64,000 nt of DNA, from NCBI RefSeq assembly GCF_009914755.1, contig NC_060946.1; one strand, written 5' to 3'. Below are positions 1 through 17,029 of the stretch, one piece after another; the first letter of the stretch is position 1; each line of letters begins with the position of its first letter. Position numbers and translations under genes: made by a program. A model generated the notes under the pieces. That model searched no databases. It was given only the letters and a program-made list of their open reading frames with translations, and was not told the DNA's origin. This DNA is from the human T2T-CHM13v2.0 reference genome, Homo sapiens.

Positions 1-94
1 TTTAATAGTTGACATGGAGATCATATTACCCACAAAGCAGACATTATTTACTCTGTAGACCTTTACAGAAAAAGTTTGCCGGGTACATGGAATG

Positions 95-290
95 GGCAGC
101 TTGAACGACATAAACTGATTTTCTCACAGCTCTGGAGATAGGAATCAAAGATCAAGGTGTCTACAGGACCACTTCCTTCTGAACTCTGTGAGGGAAGGAT
201 CTGATCCAAGTCTCCCTCCTTGGCTTATAGGTGGCCATCTTCTCCCTGATCTTCACATGATCTTCACTTTGTATATACGTCTAAATTTCC
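95..290 (-). mobile_element. MLT1 (ERVL-MaLR) LTR fragment
   Basis: ttctcacagctctggag...atcaaggtgtc...ccttctgaactctgtgagggaag motif typical of MLT1. Confidence 0.6.
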
Positions 291-859
291 TTTTTTTTTT
301 TTATTGTGACGGAGTTTCATTCTTGTTGCCCAGGCTGGTCCTCTGTTTTGGAGTCTGAAGTCTTAGATGTCAGGCCTGGCCCTGGATCTTCCTGGTTATG
401 CTGATTTAGAGGAATGTCCCCTGCCCTCTGAGTCTCAATTGCCTCCTCTGCCAGCGGGGATTGTATTCGCCTGATGTTGTGAGGCAAGGTAGGCTGGAGA
501 GAGCTTTGCAAACTGCGACTCACTCAAGACATACGTTATTCTCTGCGTTCAACCTGCCTATTGCCTCCTCCCCCTCCTTTCCTCCTAGGCAAAACTCTTT
601 TCATACCTGCTCCATACTGCCCTTGGTGGTGATGTTTCCCCCTGCAAAGTTAATTTTGCTGTTTCTTCTTAACTTGATTTTTACCTGCATAAACATGCCT
701 GATGCAGGGAGGTGGGATGCACAGACCAGATGTAACTTGTTCCAGGGCAGCGGGGGTGTCTCTGTCATCATTATTCAAATGCTACTGATTGTTGAGCACA
801 CACCGTGTACCAAGCCCTATGCTAAATGCTTTACCTGCGTCGCCTCATCTAAACCTCCC

Positions 860-1430
860 CATTCATTCAACAGATAGATATTGAGTGCATGCTCTGTGCC
901 AGGCCCTCTGCTGGGTCTTGGGAGTAGAGCACCACCAGATGGCAGGATGAATTCCTGACCTCATAGAGCGTAGAGGCCATTACATCAGAGAGTTAGGGAA
1001 TAAGGTAAATAAGCAAAATCATGTAGCGTGGTGGACATGTGAAGGACTATGGAGAGAAAAAAGGCAGAAAAAGGGGTATGTTGGGTACCAAGTGGGGTGC
1101 AGGTTGGGGAGTTGCAATTTTAAATAGGATCGTCAGGGAAGGTGACATTTGAAGAAAGAGTTGAGATTGCTGGGAAAAGAGCATTCCAGGCAAAGGGAAC
1201 AGGAATTGCAGAGGACATGAGATGGGCTCTGCCCACGGAGCTGGGCAAGCAGCAAGGAGGCCTGTGTGTGTAGAGCAGGTGTTGGGATGGGGGAGAGGGG
1301 CTTGGGAGGTCAGCAGAGGGGCCTCCTTGTGTGAGGTGGTGAGGACTTGGGTTGTCACTCTGGGTGAGACGGGAGCCATGGAAGAGTTCTGGGCAGAGGA
1401 GGGACGTGGTTTGATAGAACTTTTCTTTAA
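860..1430 (-). mobile_element. L2 LINE 3' portion (continues at about 7075-7290 after the L1 insertion)
   Basis: cattcattcaac...tattgagtgc...gtgccagg L2 3' end followed by purine-rich L2 body. Confidence 0.7.
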
Positions 1431-2531
1431 CTGAAAAATATTCATTTATTTATACTATGTGAACATATACCATATGCACATTTTAAAATGGTAAAATATA
1501 CATAATATAAAATGTGCCTTCTTAACCATTTTTAAGTGTACAATTCAGTCTTGAGTACATTTACATTCTTGTGTGCCAACCTCCAGATCTCTTTTCGAAA
1601 GATAAACTCTATATCCATTAAATAATACCTCCCCATTTCTCCTCTCCCCAGCCCCTGGCAACCACCATTCTCCTTTCTTTCTCTTTAAATTTGACTACTC
1701 TAAGTACCTCTTATAAGTGGAATCATGCAGCATTTGTTATTTTGCGTCTAGATTATTTCACTTAGCACAGCGTCCTCAAGGTTCATTCGTATTTTGGCAT
1801 GTGTCAGAATTTCCTTCCTTTTTAAGGCTGGATAGTATTCCATTGTGTGTGTAGACCACATTTTGTCTATCCATTCAGCCATCGAAGGACACTTGGGTTG
1901 TTTCCACCTTTTGGCTACCGTGAATAATAGTGCTGTGAACATGGGTATACAAATATGACTTTGAGACTCTGCCTTCAGTTCTTTTGGGTGTATGCCCAGA
2001 AGTGGAATGACTGGATGATATGCTAATTGTATGGTTAATCTTTTGAAGAACCACCATACTGTCTACCATAGCAGCTGCACCATTTCACCTTCTGATCATT
2101 GCACAAGGGTTCCAGTTTCTCCACATCCCCACCAACACTTACTTTCTGTTTTTTCATAGCAGCCATCCTAATAGGTGTGAGTGGTATCTCATTGTGGTTT
2201 TGATTTGCATTTCCCATTGAACATCTTTCCATGTGCTTGTTCGTCATTTGCACATCTTCTTCAGAGAAATGCCTATTCAAGTCCTTTGTCCATTTTTGAA
2301 TTCAGTTGTTTGTTGTTGAGTTGCAGTTCTCCATATATTCTGGACATTAACCCTTTATCACATAGATGATTTGCAGATATTTTCTTCTATTTCACGGGTT
2401 GCCGTTTTCACTGTTTATTTTGTTCTTTGATCCACAAAAAGTTTTAACTTTGCTGTCCAGTTTACCTATTTTTAATTTTGTTGCTCATGCATTTGGTGTC
2501 ATATCCAAGAAATCATTGTCAAATCCAATGT

Positions 2532-3549
2532 TGTAGGGACCAGCCCCACAGGGTCGGTGGGTCTCTCCCTGTGTGCGGCAACAAGAGAGTGTAGAAATAA
2601 AGACACAAGACAAAGAGACAAGAGAAAAGGCAGCTGGGCCCGGGGGACCACTACCACCAATGCACGGAGACCGGTAGTGGCCCCAAATGTCTGGCTGCAC
2701 TGTTATTTATTGGATACAAGGCAGAAGGGGCAGGGTAAAGAATGTGAGTCACCTCCAATGATAGGTAAGGTCACGTGGGTCACATGTCCACTGGACAGGG
2801 GGCCCTTCCCTGCCTGGCAGCCGAGGCAGAGAGAGAGAGGAGACAGAGAGAAAGACAGCTTATGCCATTATTTCTGCATATCAGGGACTATTAGTATTTT
2901 CACTAATTTACTACTGCTATCTAGAAGGCAGAGCCAGGTGTACAGGATGAAACATGAAGGCAGACTAGGAGTGTGACCACTGAAGCACAGCATCACAGGG
3001 AGACGGTTAGGCCTCCAGATAACTGCGGGCGAGCCTGACTGATGTCAGGCCCTCCACAAGAGGTGGAGGAGCAGAGTCTTCTCTAAACTCCCCCGGGGAA
3101 AGGGAGACCCCCCCCCCGCCCGCTTTCCCGGTCTGCTAAGTAGCGGGTGTTGTTCCTTGACACCTTTTGCTACCGCTGGACCACGATCCGCCTGGTAACG
3201 GGCGTCTTCCCAGACGCTGGCATCACCGCTAGACCAAGGAGCCCTCTGGTGGCCCTGTCCGGGCATAACTGAAGGCTTGCACTCTTGTCTAATGGTCACA
3301 CCTCACTATGTCCCCTCAGCTCCTATCTCTGTATGGCCTGGTTTTTCCTAGGCTATGATTATAGAGTGAGGATTATCATAATATTGGAATAAAAAGTAAC
3401 TGCTACAAACTAATGATTAATGATATTCATATATAATCATATCTAAGATCTATATCTGGTATAACTATTCTTGTTTTATATTTTATTATACTGGAACAGC
3501 TCGTGTCCTCTGTCTCTTGCCTCGGTGCCTGGGTGGCTTGCCACCCACA
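2532..3549 (-). mobile_element. Solo LTR13-family (ERVK class) LTR
   Basis: TG...CA ends; 6-bp TSD CAATGT at 2526-2531 and 3550-3555; about 1.0 kb; sequence matches LTR13 as I recall it. Confidence 0.85.
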
Positions 3550-3728
3550 CAATGTCATGAAGCTTTCTCCGTTTTCTTATATGATTTTTATAGTTTTAGC
3601 TTGTGTTGAAGTCTTTGGTCCATTTTACTTTAATTTCTGTATGTGGTATAAGGTAAGGGTCCAATTTTATTCTTTTGTATGTAGCTATCCAGTTTTCCCA
3701 ACACCATTTGTTTTAAAGACTATCCTTT

Positions 3729-4162
3729 TGTTACCAAAACACCAGGGATTTGGTCTAGGTCCTGCTGATCACTGCACAGAAAGCTGATCACTGAGATGAC
3801 AAGTATTGCCAAGGAAGAAGGGTTTAATTGGGTGCTGCAGCTGAAGAGAAGGGAGCTCAGTCTCAAATCCATCTCCCTGACTGACTAAAACTAGGTGTTT
3901 ATATAGCCAGGAAGAAATGCAACAATGTGTAAGAAAACAAGAACTAGGGAGCACAAGGAAGCAAACATGGTGAATGAGTGGGTTCCCTTCCATCTGTGAT
4001 CTGGTGAGTTTCAGTTCTTTGATACTTTTTTTGACAGGCCTGAAGGACCTTCTCTGAGGAAGGAACTCAGATAAATACAAGTTTCAAGCTTTTTAAGACC
4101 ACAAGGGTCAATTTCTATGTTTATCAAAAAGGACAGTTTATGGGGTAGTTGGGTCAGTTTCA
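3729..4162 (-). mobile_element. Solo ERV LTR (LTR47-like, tentative)
   Basis: TGTTACC...TTTCA ends; 4-bp TSD CTTT at 3725-3728 and 4163-4166; ATTAAA and TATA-like signals on the minus strand. Confidence 0.7.
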
Positions 4163-4599
4163 CTTTCTTCTTTGAATGGGCATGACACCCTTGACAAAAA
4201 TCATTTGATTATATATGTGAGGTTTTAGTTCTGGGCTCTCTATTCCATTTGTCTAAATGTGTGTTTTTTTTTAATGCCAGTACCACATTGTTTTGATTTC
4301 TGTAGTTTTGTTATAAGTTTTTAAATCAGGAAGTATGAGACCTCGAACTTCATTCTTCTTGTTGAAGATTTTTCAAGAATATTTTTCAAGACTGTTTGAT
4401 AGTCAGGGTTCCATGAGATGTTCCTTGATATTAATTTTAGGATAGATATTTATGTTTCTGCAAAAAAAAAAAAGCACCATTGGGATTTTGATAGAAATTT
4501 CATTAAATCTGTCGATTACTTTGGTAATATCAACATTTTAGGAGTATGAAGTCTTGGAAACCATAAACAGAGGATGCCTTTCCATTTATTTGTCTTGTT

Positions 4600-6684
<2,085 letters not shown>

Positions 6685-9600
6685 GTGTTTTTGTTTTTAT
6701 TTATCTCAATATATTTTCTAATTTCCCTTGAGATTTCTTCTTTGACACATTTATTATTTAAGAGTACACTGTTTATGACTCTTATTTGTGGGTTTTCTAG
6801 TTTTCCTTCTGCTGTTGATTTCTTGTTTCATTCCATTGTGAATGAGAAAGATGCTTTGTATGATCTCATTTTTAAAAAAAATGTATGATGACTAGTTTTG
6901 TATCCTAAGATATTCTCTCTCCTGGAGAATGTTCCATGTGCACTTGAGAAAAGTGGGCATCCTGCCATCATTAGGTGGAGTGTTCTGTACATATCTGTTA
7001 AGTCCAGTTGTTGGTTTATAGTGTAGCTCAAGGCCTCTGTTTCCTTATTGATATTCTGTCTGGTTGTTCTATTGACTTACCTTTTAACGAGATCCTTCTG
7101 GCTGTATTAAAATGAGCTTCTTAGAAGTGGATGCAGGGAGACCAGTAAGAGTCTACAGCATTGATTCAGGGGAGAGGTGATGGTGACTTGGACTGGGAGG
7201 TGGTGGTGGAGGGGCTGAGAAACGGTTGGAATCTGAGAACATTTTGAAGGTACAACCAACATATTTGACTGAATCTTTAGAAGTTGGTGCTGTTTTTTGT
7301 TTGTTTTTTGTTTTTGAGATGGAATCTCGCTCTATCGCCAGGCTGGAGTGCAGTGGCACGATCTCGGCTTACTGCAACCTCTGCCTCCCAAGTACTGTTG
7401 TCCTAAGGGGGTAAAGGAATTTGCCCAAGTTGTGATAAGTGTCTCATCCAGGATTTGAACCCAGGTCTGTCTGTCCCCAAATTCTCAGTTCTTAATTAAC
7501 CATGTACATTCATGAAAGTGCTCCTGACCCAGCTGCCTGGACTCCCCCACCCCCAATGTCTCCCTGACAGTCCTCTACCATCTACGACTAAGCCTGGACT
7601 CACTCCCTCTGTTGCTACATTCCCAAATGTCATCAGGGTCTGGGTGCTTGGCAACTGCCTTCCAGCAGTTTCTCAGCATCACCGTGTCCTGCCTTAGAGG
7701 AGCAAAGGAAAGAAAGAGGTAGATTCCTGCAGAGGGGAGAGAGGTGTGCAAACGCTCTGAGACCACCTGGGCTTCATGACATGTTGCAGAAGGAGCTCAG
7801 CCCCTGGAGTCAGACAAACCTGGGTCCAAACACCAAATCCAGTCCTCATAGCTGTGTGACCCCAGACAGATTACTCCACCTCTCTGGGCCTCTGTTTCCT
7901 CCCCTGACAAATAGGGATAATAATGTTACTGCTCTATTATCCACAATTATGGTTATAAGAAAATATATATTTTTTTTCAAATAAAATACTCTACCAAAGC
8001 CTGAGGTCAATCATGATTCTTTGAGCCATTCATTTTCCAAAGAGAACTTTATTGAGCACATACCATGTGCTGGAACTCAAGGTAGTTGTTGGCACCATAG
8101 CCATAAAGCAAGGAAACACAGAATGGTTGCCCTCATGGGGATCAGAGCCTGGCAGGGAAAACAAGTACTGACCAAATGTTACACGTCTGATGGGTGTTTC
8201 AAGAGCAGCTTCTCTAGGAACCCAAGCAGGGGAATTTGATGTCCTGAACCAGCGACATTCCAGCCAGGGCCAAAATAACGGTGATGGGAGGCCAGGGAAG
8301 GTTTCAGGCAGAGCTGATGACCTGCATGCAGCCGACATTTATTTGCAGCACATTTTGCAGACATTTATTGCGTGCCAGGTTCTGTGCTCAGCACATGATG
8401 ATCATTATCTTGTTCAGCCTTCCCAAGTGCCTTGAAGCTGGTGCTATTTCTATAAACTTTTTAGCCAAGGAGAAAACTAAGGTTCAGAGAAGTGACATGA
8501 TTTGCCTGAGGAAACACAGCTAATAGTGGGAGGAGCCAAGGTACAGCAGCAGGAGCCATGATGGGAGAAAAAAAAAAGAAAGTGATAAGTTTCAATTTCT
8601 ACTCTGCTCCTTCCTACCCTGTGACCTTGAGTGGTCCGGTTTGCCTCCACGAGACTCCATTTCCACATCTGCAAAATGAAGCCAACTTCTCATGGGCCTC
8701 CCTAGATAGTTTTCAGGGTTAGAAATGCTGCAGGCAATGCCCAGCTTGGAGTTGGTGGAGCACTGAAATCAGGAGCTGTTCACAGCGCTGGTGCTGACTT
8801 GGTTGTGTGGGGTGGGGGTGGTGAGCCAGCTCTAGGGGGACACTGCCATGTGTTTCTGCAGAGAAGGTGGACAGGGATGCACCAAACTGTGTTCATCTCC
8901 AGGAGGTAACCAGAAGGCAGGGAGAGCAGGCAGGGAGGGCCTGGGACAGCTCTCAGATGGATGCATGGATGTGCTGGCCTGGTGGAGTCTGGATGGGCCA
9001 CAGGACAGTGGGAAACGCTGTGGGTTCCACTGGGTGGGGGTAACTCAGAACTTTGCTTTATTTACCCCAAACATCAGAATCCTCAGGGTGACATAGAGCT
9101 GGAACAGGCCTTTTGGATTGTTTTCCAACCTCCTCAACCTCAAAGTGGGGTAACTGAGGTCCAGAGAGGAGACGGACTTTGCTTAAATCCTACAATGACT
9201 CTGGGCAGAATCAGGCCCAGAATCTAGTGGAGCAGAAGGTATTCAGGCTGCCAGAGGATCAACACCAAGAGCAGAGAGGCACAGCTGCCCTTTTGCACTG
9301 TGTCCCTGTGCCTGGCACATTAGAGGCACTCAGGTGAGAATTCTTGAGCAAGGGAGTGCGCAGGGAAGAGCACACAGCCTGGGTGTCTGTCTCGAGCTGG
9401 AACCTGTCTCTGATAGCCAGCTCTGCCTCCCTGGGTAAGTGCTTTCATCTTGCTGAGCATCCATTTCCCAAAATAAGATCAGAAACCCACTTGGGAGGTC
9501 TCCAAGCAGGGATTTGAACTCAGGTCTACCTGATTCCAGGGCAGGTTTTTTTACCCTGCACTTTCTTGATTCCTTTATATATCTTATTCATTCATACACT

Positions 9601-9788
9601 GATTCATTCATTCATCCAGTCATTTAGAAAATGTTGATTGAGCATCTGCCCTGTGCCAGGCACTGTTCTAGGCTGTGCAAATTCAGCAGTGAATGAGGCA
9701 AATGAAGTTTCTGCCCTTGTGGAACTTAAATTCTAGAAGAGAGAGATAGACGGTCAACAAATCAACAAATAGAATGGGAATAGTGGTA

Positions 9789-10182
<394 letters not shown>

Positions 10183-10431
10183 CTAAGAGAAGCAGCAGCC
10201 TGCTGTGTGAAGAACCTGAACGAATAATTGATAAAATGAGAAGCATGGAGCTGTGACAGGCCTCAGACCTCCAAAAGACAAGGCGAGGAGGGGGAAGGAA
10301 AGCAGGTGTCAAAACATCCCAAACAGCCTGAAAGGCCTTGTGGGGAGCAATGCAGCCCTTTTGGGGCACCTATACCCAGGTCACCTTGGTCACCTTGGAC
10401 CTCTTCCCCTCCGGTCACCTTTGCCTTCCAG

Positions 10432-10507
10432 GTGAAGCAGATCATGGAGGAGGCTGTGACACGCAAGTTTGTCCACGAAGACAGCAGCCACATCATCTCC
10501 TTCTGTG
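10432..10507 (+). CDS. SGSM1: SGSM1 coding exon (probably exon 3), [25 protein letters not shown]
   Basis: ttgccttccag|GTG acceptor; G|gtgagt donor; 76 nt, phase 0-1. Confidence 0.95.
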
Positions 10508-11298
10508 GTGAGTCTGTGACCTGGGAAAGTGGCTTCTTTCTCTGTGGGCTGCCTCGGGGAAGTGGTGTCTTGGAGCCACTGTTTTGCTTTATGACTCTGA
10601 AGTTAGTTTTGGATTCCAGAGGGGGACTCGATTGGAGAATTTGAAAATACAGAACAGTGTAGAGAAACAATTAAAAATGACTTCTGTACCCCATGAAGAG
10701 GTCAGTGTGGTTAACACCAGAGGGGTTGTCTTCCTGTAGGCACCATTCACACCGACCACACCCCAAGTGACACACAGTCTTGCATCTGAGGAATGGGCTC
10801 CCTGTCCCTCACTCTGCCTGTGGCTATTGCTAGGTAAAGGGAGAGGGTAGATGGGGACTTTTAAAAAAGGGAACTAAGAGCCCGTGACACATCCTGAAGG
10901 ATCGCGTCCATCTGGCTCAGCAAAGAAGGCAGGCCGAGGGCTCAGAGCGTGACTCAGACATGTCTCCTTGAACCAGCTCTGCTCACAAGCTTCTGGAAAT
11001 AACCCCATGGCCAGGCTTTTGCTGTACTTTGAGAATGGCTAGAGATGGGGTCTGAGTGTCTCTGAGGTCAGGATAATCAGTGTGTACATAGAAGTGGGAG
11101 TCTTTCTGTCTCCCTGAAAATGTCTTAATTTAATAATTGGAGTGTCTCATAATGCAGGACATGTTCTAATTCCCCTCCCGTGATCTTGGTCCTGTGGAGA
11201 GGCCTGAGCTGGGAGAGCTGGCCAGCCCATCAGCTGCCGTCCAAATGGCTGGGGGCACCACCCCACGGGGCCCACAACATGCTGAGCACACGCTGTGA

Positions 11299-11860
<562 letters not shown>

Positions 11861-12332
11861 TAAGTGGGATGTGTTTATTTAAACATATAGCTCTACACAC
11901 ATACACACATGCACATAATTACATACATATATGTATGTGTATATATACATATATATGTATTCCCAGTTTTTTATGTGTTCCTGAATATTTTTATTTCCAA
12001 ATAAAATTATATGCATGTCCATCTTAAGACTTGCTAGCCTACCTACCAATTAACTTAGAGGAATAAAAGTAATAAAAATAGTATAATAATTCAGTAGCTC
12101 TACTCAAAAGTATTTGGGTGGGAGAAATTTGATGGCACTAAATGAAGCCTAAAGAATCTCCTCAAGGTTTCTTTTGTCCATTGTTTCTTATAAGCTGTTG
12201 TCAGGAAGGATTAAACTATGTCTACAAAGCCTGAATAGTCAGTTCACTTACATCGCCATAAGCAAATGAAAAGTACTGCATATGTAAGTTAAAATTAAGA
12301 TATCTAAGAGATCATCTCCTCAAATATTTTAA

Positions 12333-12702
<370 letters not shown>

Positions 12703-13172
12703 GAGATTAGGCAATATTTGATCATTCATTCAAAACAAAGTGTTTTCTAACTCAAAAAAACAAAACAAAACAAAAACAAACAAAAAACCATGGTGATGAG
12801 ACCAAAACTTCTCAATATTTCTCCTTGCACGTAGCATAACCTTGGTCAAGCTATGCCCCCTGAGAGCACTGGTTTGCTCTTTAGAGCTCTTACTTCATGA
12901 GTTTTGTCACAAGAATTAGGAAAGGTAAGTCTTAACAATTATCCGACACCCAGCAGATGCCTAATAAGGAGTACTTCTTATATAGTCACTTTTTCAATAA
13001 ACATTGATTATGCACCTATACAAGTGTGAGCTCCCTGTCTCTGGGGTAAGACAGAAGGTAAGAAGATTGAGAGGGCTCTCCAAGGTTCCAGTGTCTGACA
13101 GAAGCTCTGGGACATGCTGGGTGCTGGAGTGCATGGGCAGGGCAGGGTCTGCTGACTGCCATGTCCCTGCAG

Positions 13173-13335
13173 CGGCTGTGGAGGCCTGCGTTCTGCACGG
13201 GCTTCGGCGGCGGGCGGCTGGCTTCCTACGCAGCAATAAGATTGCAGCCCTCTTTATGAAAGTGGGCAAGAACTTCCCGCCGGCTGAGGATCTGAGCCGC
13301 AAGGTGCAAGACCTGGAGCAGCTGATCGAGAGCGC
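13173..13335 (+). CDS. SGSM1: SGSM1 coding exon, RUN domain ([17 protein letters not shown]...EQLIESA)
   Basis: ccctgcag|CG acceptor; GC|gtgagt donor; 163 nt, phase 1-2. Confidence 0.95.
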
Positions 13336-14810
13336 GTGAGTGCAAAGCATGGGGCACAGGTGGGAGCAGCTCCCCCAATAGTCCACAGTCCTCCCTGGGT
13401 CCTGAGAGAGCCTGCAACCCCTAGCACTCTTTTCAGTCTCCATCCTGCTTCTCAAACCCACCAGACTCTTTCCCACCCCAGGGTCTTTGCACGTGCCTCA
13501 CCCTCCACCAGACTCACCCATCTGATCGTCCATAGCTGCTTTCTTGTCATCATTCAGACCTATCGTTATCTCAGAAAATTCCAACTCTCACTCCATCTTC
13601 TCTTCCATATCACCCTGTTTATTTCCCTCCCCGTTGTTGTTGGTTGGCCATCTATAGTTATTCATGTCAGGTTTGTTTGTTTGTTGTCTGTCTATCTCAC
13701 TTGATGCAGAACTTCATGAGAGCAGGCAACTAGATCTGTTTTCTCCCATTATGTCTCAAGCATCCGGGCCAGTGTCTAGCACCTGGTAGATGCCCAAGAA
13801 ACAATTGTTGAGTGAGTGCCTGCTAGGACCCACGGCCTGTTCTAAATGCAAGGCAACCAAAGTTTGATAGAACCAATATGGCCTCTGTCTGCATGGACCA
13901 GACACGAGGGCCTCATATCAATAGGCATATTATAACACATTCAAATACACTGACTAGAAGTTAAAAAAAAAACTCTCATACTGAAGTAACCTTTGAATGG
14001 GGGAGGTGGCTTCCCTCCCTCATCTTGGTGACTGGTGGTATGTGTTGGGGGAGGCTCATGGACAGAATGTGTGCATGTGAGCACCTTCAGCCAGAGCCAC
14101 TCCCTGGGAGGTCCTGTCTGCACAGCCAAACCCCCAGTCTACAGCCTGGTCAGGGAATGACAATTTGGTTTCAACTCCTGGCAACAAATTCGGTGCTGGT
14201 GGCTTCCCAGAGGAATGTGCTGTGATTCTGAAGCTGTGATTGGGCGTTCTGGGGAAAAGCACATGGATTGATTGGTCATGTCTGTCAAGGGCAAAGGCAG
14301 GGAAGACACAAGCATGTCCTATGTTTGCAGTCTCTGCTGTGGATGGTCACTCCACTTCACTGGATGAGAATGGCCCTTTCCTTGCATTTCAGGCCCTGCC
14401 TGCCCAGGGCTGCTGGCCAGAACGGTATGGTGGTCAGAGCTCAGGATTTGACTCTGTCAACTCCCATTTGGAATGACTTCTCAGCCAACTGTTCTTTGAA
14501 TACCTTCCAGTCCATCTGCTAAGTTCCCAGGTGTTTGCAGATAACTTCTTAAAGGATTAGATTTGTCATGGGCCTTCCACAACACTGGGAGTGACCTCCT
14601 AGTGGAGGAGTTAGAGATGCCTGTGCAAGTGGTAAGGGAGAAGCATTTATTCATATATGCAATCACTCATTCATAAACATTTACTAAGCTTCCTCTATAC
14701 GTCAGCCAGTGTGCTGGGCCCTGGAGATACAGAAATGAAGAGGGCCAATGCTTGCCACATGGTAGACTCTCAGTAAGTATTTTATTAAAAAAAAAAAAAA
14801 AATGAGTTGC

Positions 14811-15110
14811 GGCCAGGTGCGGTGGCTCATGCCTGTAGTCCCAGCACTTTGGGAGGCCAAGGTGGGCAGATCACCTGAGGTCAGGAGTTCAAGACCAGCC
14901 TGACCAACATGGAGAAACCCTGTCTCTACTAAAAATACAAAATTAGCTGGGCGTGGTGGTGCATGCCTGTAATCCCAGCTACTTGGGAGGCTGAGGCAGG
15001 AGAATCGCTTGAACCCAGGAGGCAGAGGTTGTGGTGAGCCGAATTGTGCCATTGCACTCCAGCCTGGGCAACAAGAGTGAAACTCCGTCTCAAAACAACA
15101 ACAAAAAAAA
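14811..15110 (+). mobile_element. AluS
   Basis: Consensus match; TSD aaaaaaatgagttgc. Confidence 0.9.
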
Positions 15111-15818
15111 TGAGTTGCCGATTTCATATCCTCAAGATCAAAGCATGGAGGGGACGACAGAAAAGTGAGCAGGGAGCTCAGCTCCAGAGGCTGACAGAGT
15201 ACAGACCAGCTTTGGTTGGTCCAGGAGGGCTTCCTGTAGGCAGGAGGCAATGCCCTCGCTGAGACTTACAGAGTGAGAGGGATCAGCCTGGGAATGGGTG
15301 GGGAGGGAACCCGGAAGAAGCGGCAGCCCAGGGAAAGGCTTCAGATGAGACTCTGGTGGCCTCAGGCATCTGCACGTATCTCTGTCTGGCTGGATCATGG
15401 AGTCATAAGCGTTAGTGGTAAGGAGATTGCTGGAGAGGTGAGTGGGACAAGGTCTTGGAGCTCTCTGCTGGTCTTGTTGAAGAGCTTGCTTCCCAAGGGC
15501 ACTGGGGACCCAATGAAGGATCTATACTCCAAGACTCTTCTTGGCCCACCCTCCTTTCCAGGAGAGAGAGGTGGGGGGTATCAGTATGAGAATCTGGCTT
15601 GCCCTAGGAAAGTGTCTTGTTTAACCACATCTGCACACTCACTGGGTATTACTATTTTTTCAACTCCTGACCAGCTTGCTAGCGGCAATATGGGCTCTTC
15701 TTGTTTAGCTGCCATTCCTTCATTTTCCTGAGAGATTGAACATTCTCCCATTTGCCAATTAGTCCTGTGTAGATTTGCTCTTGTGAGTATCTATTCCCGT
15801 CTTTTATTGGTCTTGAAG

Positions 15819-15971
15819 GAGAAACCAGATTCAAGGCCTCCAGGAGAATGTGCGGAAGCTGCCGAAGCTGCCCAACTTGTCCCCACTTGCCATCAAGCAT
15901 CTGTGGATTCGCACAGCCTTGTTTGAGAAGGTCCTGGACAAAATTGTGCATTACCTTGTGGAAAACAGCAG
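15819..15971 (+). CDS. SGSM1: SGSM1 coding exon, RUN domain ([14 protein letters not shown]...[22 protein letters not shown])
   Basis: tcttgaag|G acceptor; AG|gtgaga donor; 153 nt, phase 2-2; not in the ORF track in this frame. Confidence 0.93.
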
Positions 15972-16354
15972 GTGAGAGGGAAAGACCTGACACCTGGCCA
16001 TGCTCTGCCCCCACCTGCCGGCCGTTGTGGAAATTGCACCCCCTGGCACAAAGCTGCTTTCTTTTTCCCCTTGACAGCCACTAAATTTGAAAGTGATTAA
16101 ATGCTTGGAAACTTGGGTAGATTCAAGAGCTTAATGGCAGTGCAAGGTCTTCGGATTTAGGGTGGAGTATAGGGATCCTGGGTTTCTTCCTTCTCCTGTG
16201 GATTACTCCATTCAATAACTGTGTGGCCCTAGAGAATCGCTTAGCCTCTCTGTGCCCGTTATCTCTTTTGGTAAATGGCATGGGGATTCCCGATACTCCA
16301 GAGAAGTGAGAAGGGAATTTGGTGAATATGCAGCATTTTGCAAATGCATGGTGA

Positions 16355-16707
<353 letters not shown>

Positions 16708-16986
16708 TTAGATTAATCTGATGTGAAAGTTTTATAGTGTGAGCCCTCTTGGGTAACCATTCATCCATGCATTCATTCATCCAGCAAATATTTAAATGAG
16801 GACCTGCTGTGTACTGGCATTAACCTAGACGTCAGGGATATAGTGGTGATACCTTTCATGTCACAGAGCTTGTATATCATCGCAAGAGCAGTGAGGAGCC
16901 ATGGAAGAATTTATCATCTGACACTCCTTGTGGCCAGCATGCCTCTCCAGCCCCCAAGAGGTGGCAGGAAGGGAGGGGGGGGTGGG

Positions 16987-16988
<2 letters not shown>

Positions 16989-17024
<36 letters not shown>
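16989..17024. repeat. (GA)n microsatellite preceded by a G-run
   Basis: Direct reading. Confidence 0.95.

Positions 17025-17029
<5 letters not shown>

Noticed and set aside
1748-2280. L1 ORF2-like peptides
   Set aside because: Fragmented and frameshifted remains of an old L1; not an active element
2557-2976. 139-aa ORF in the LTR
   Set aside because: Antisense reading of a solo LTR13; no gag/pol/env sequence remains
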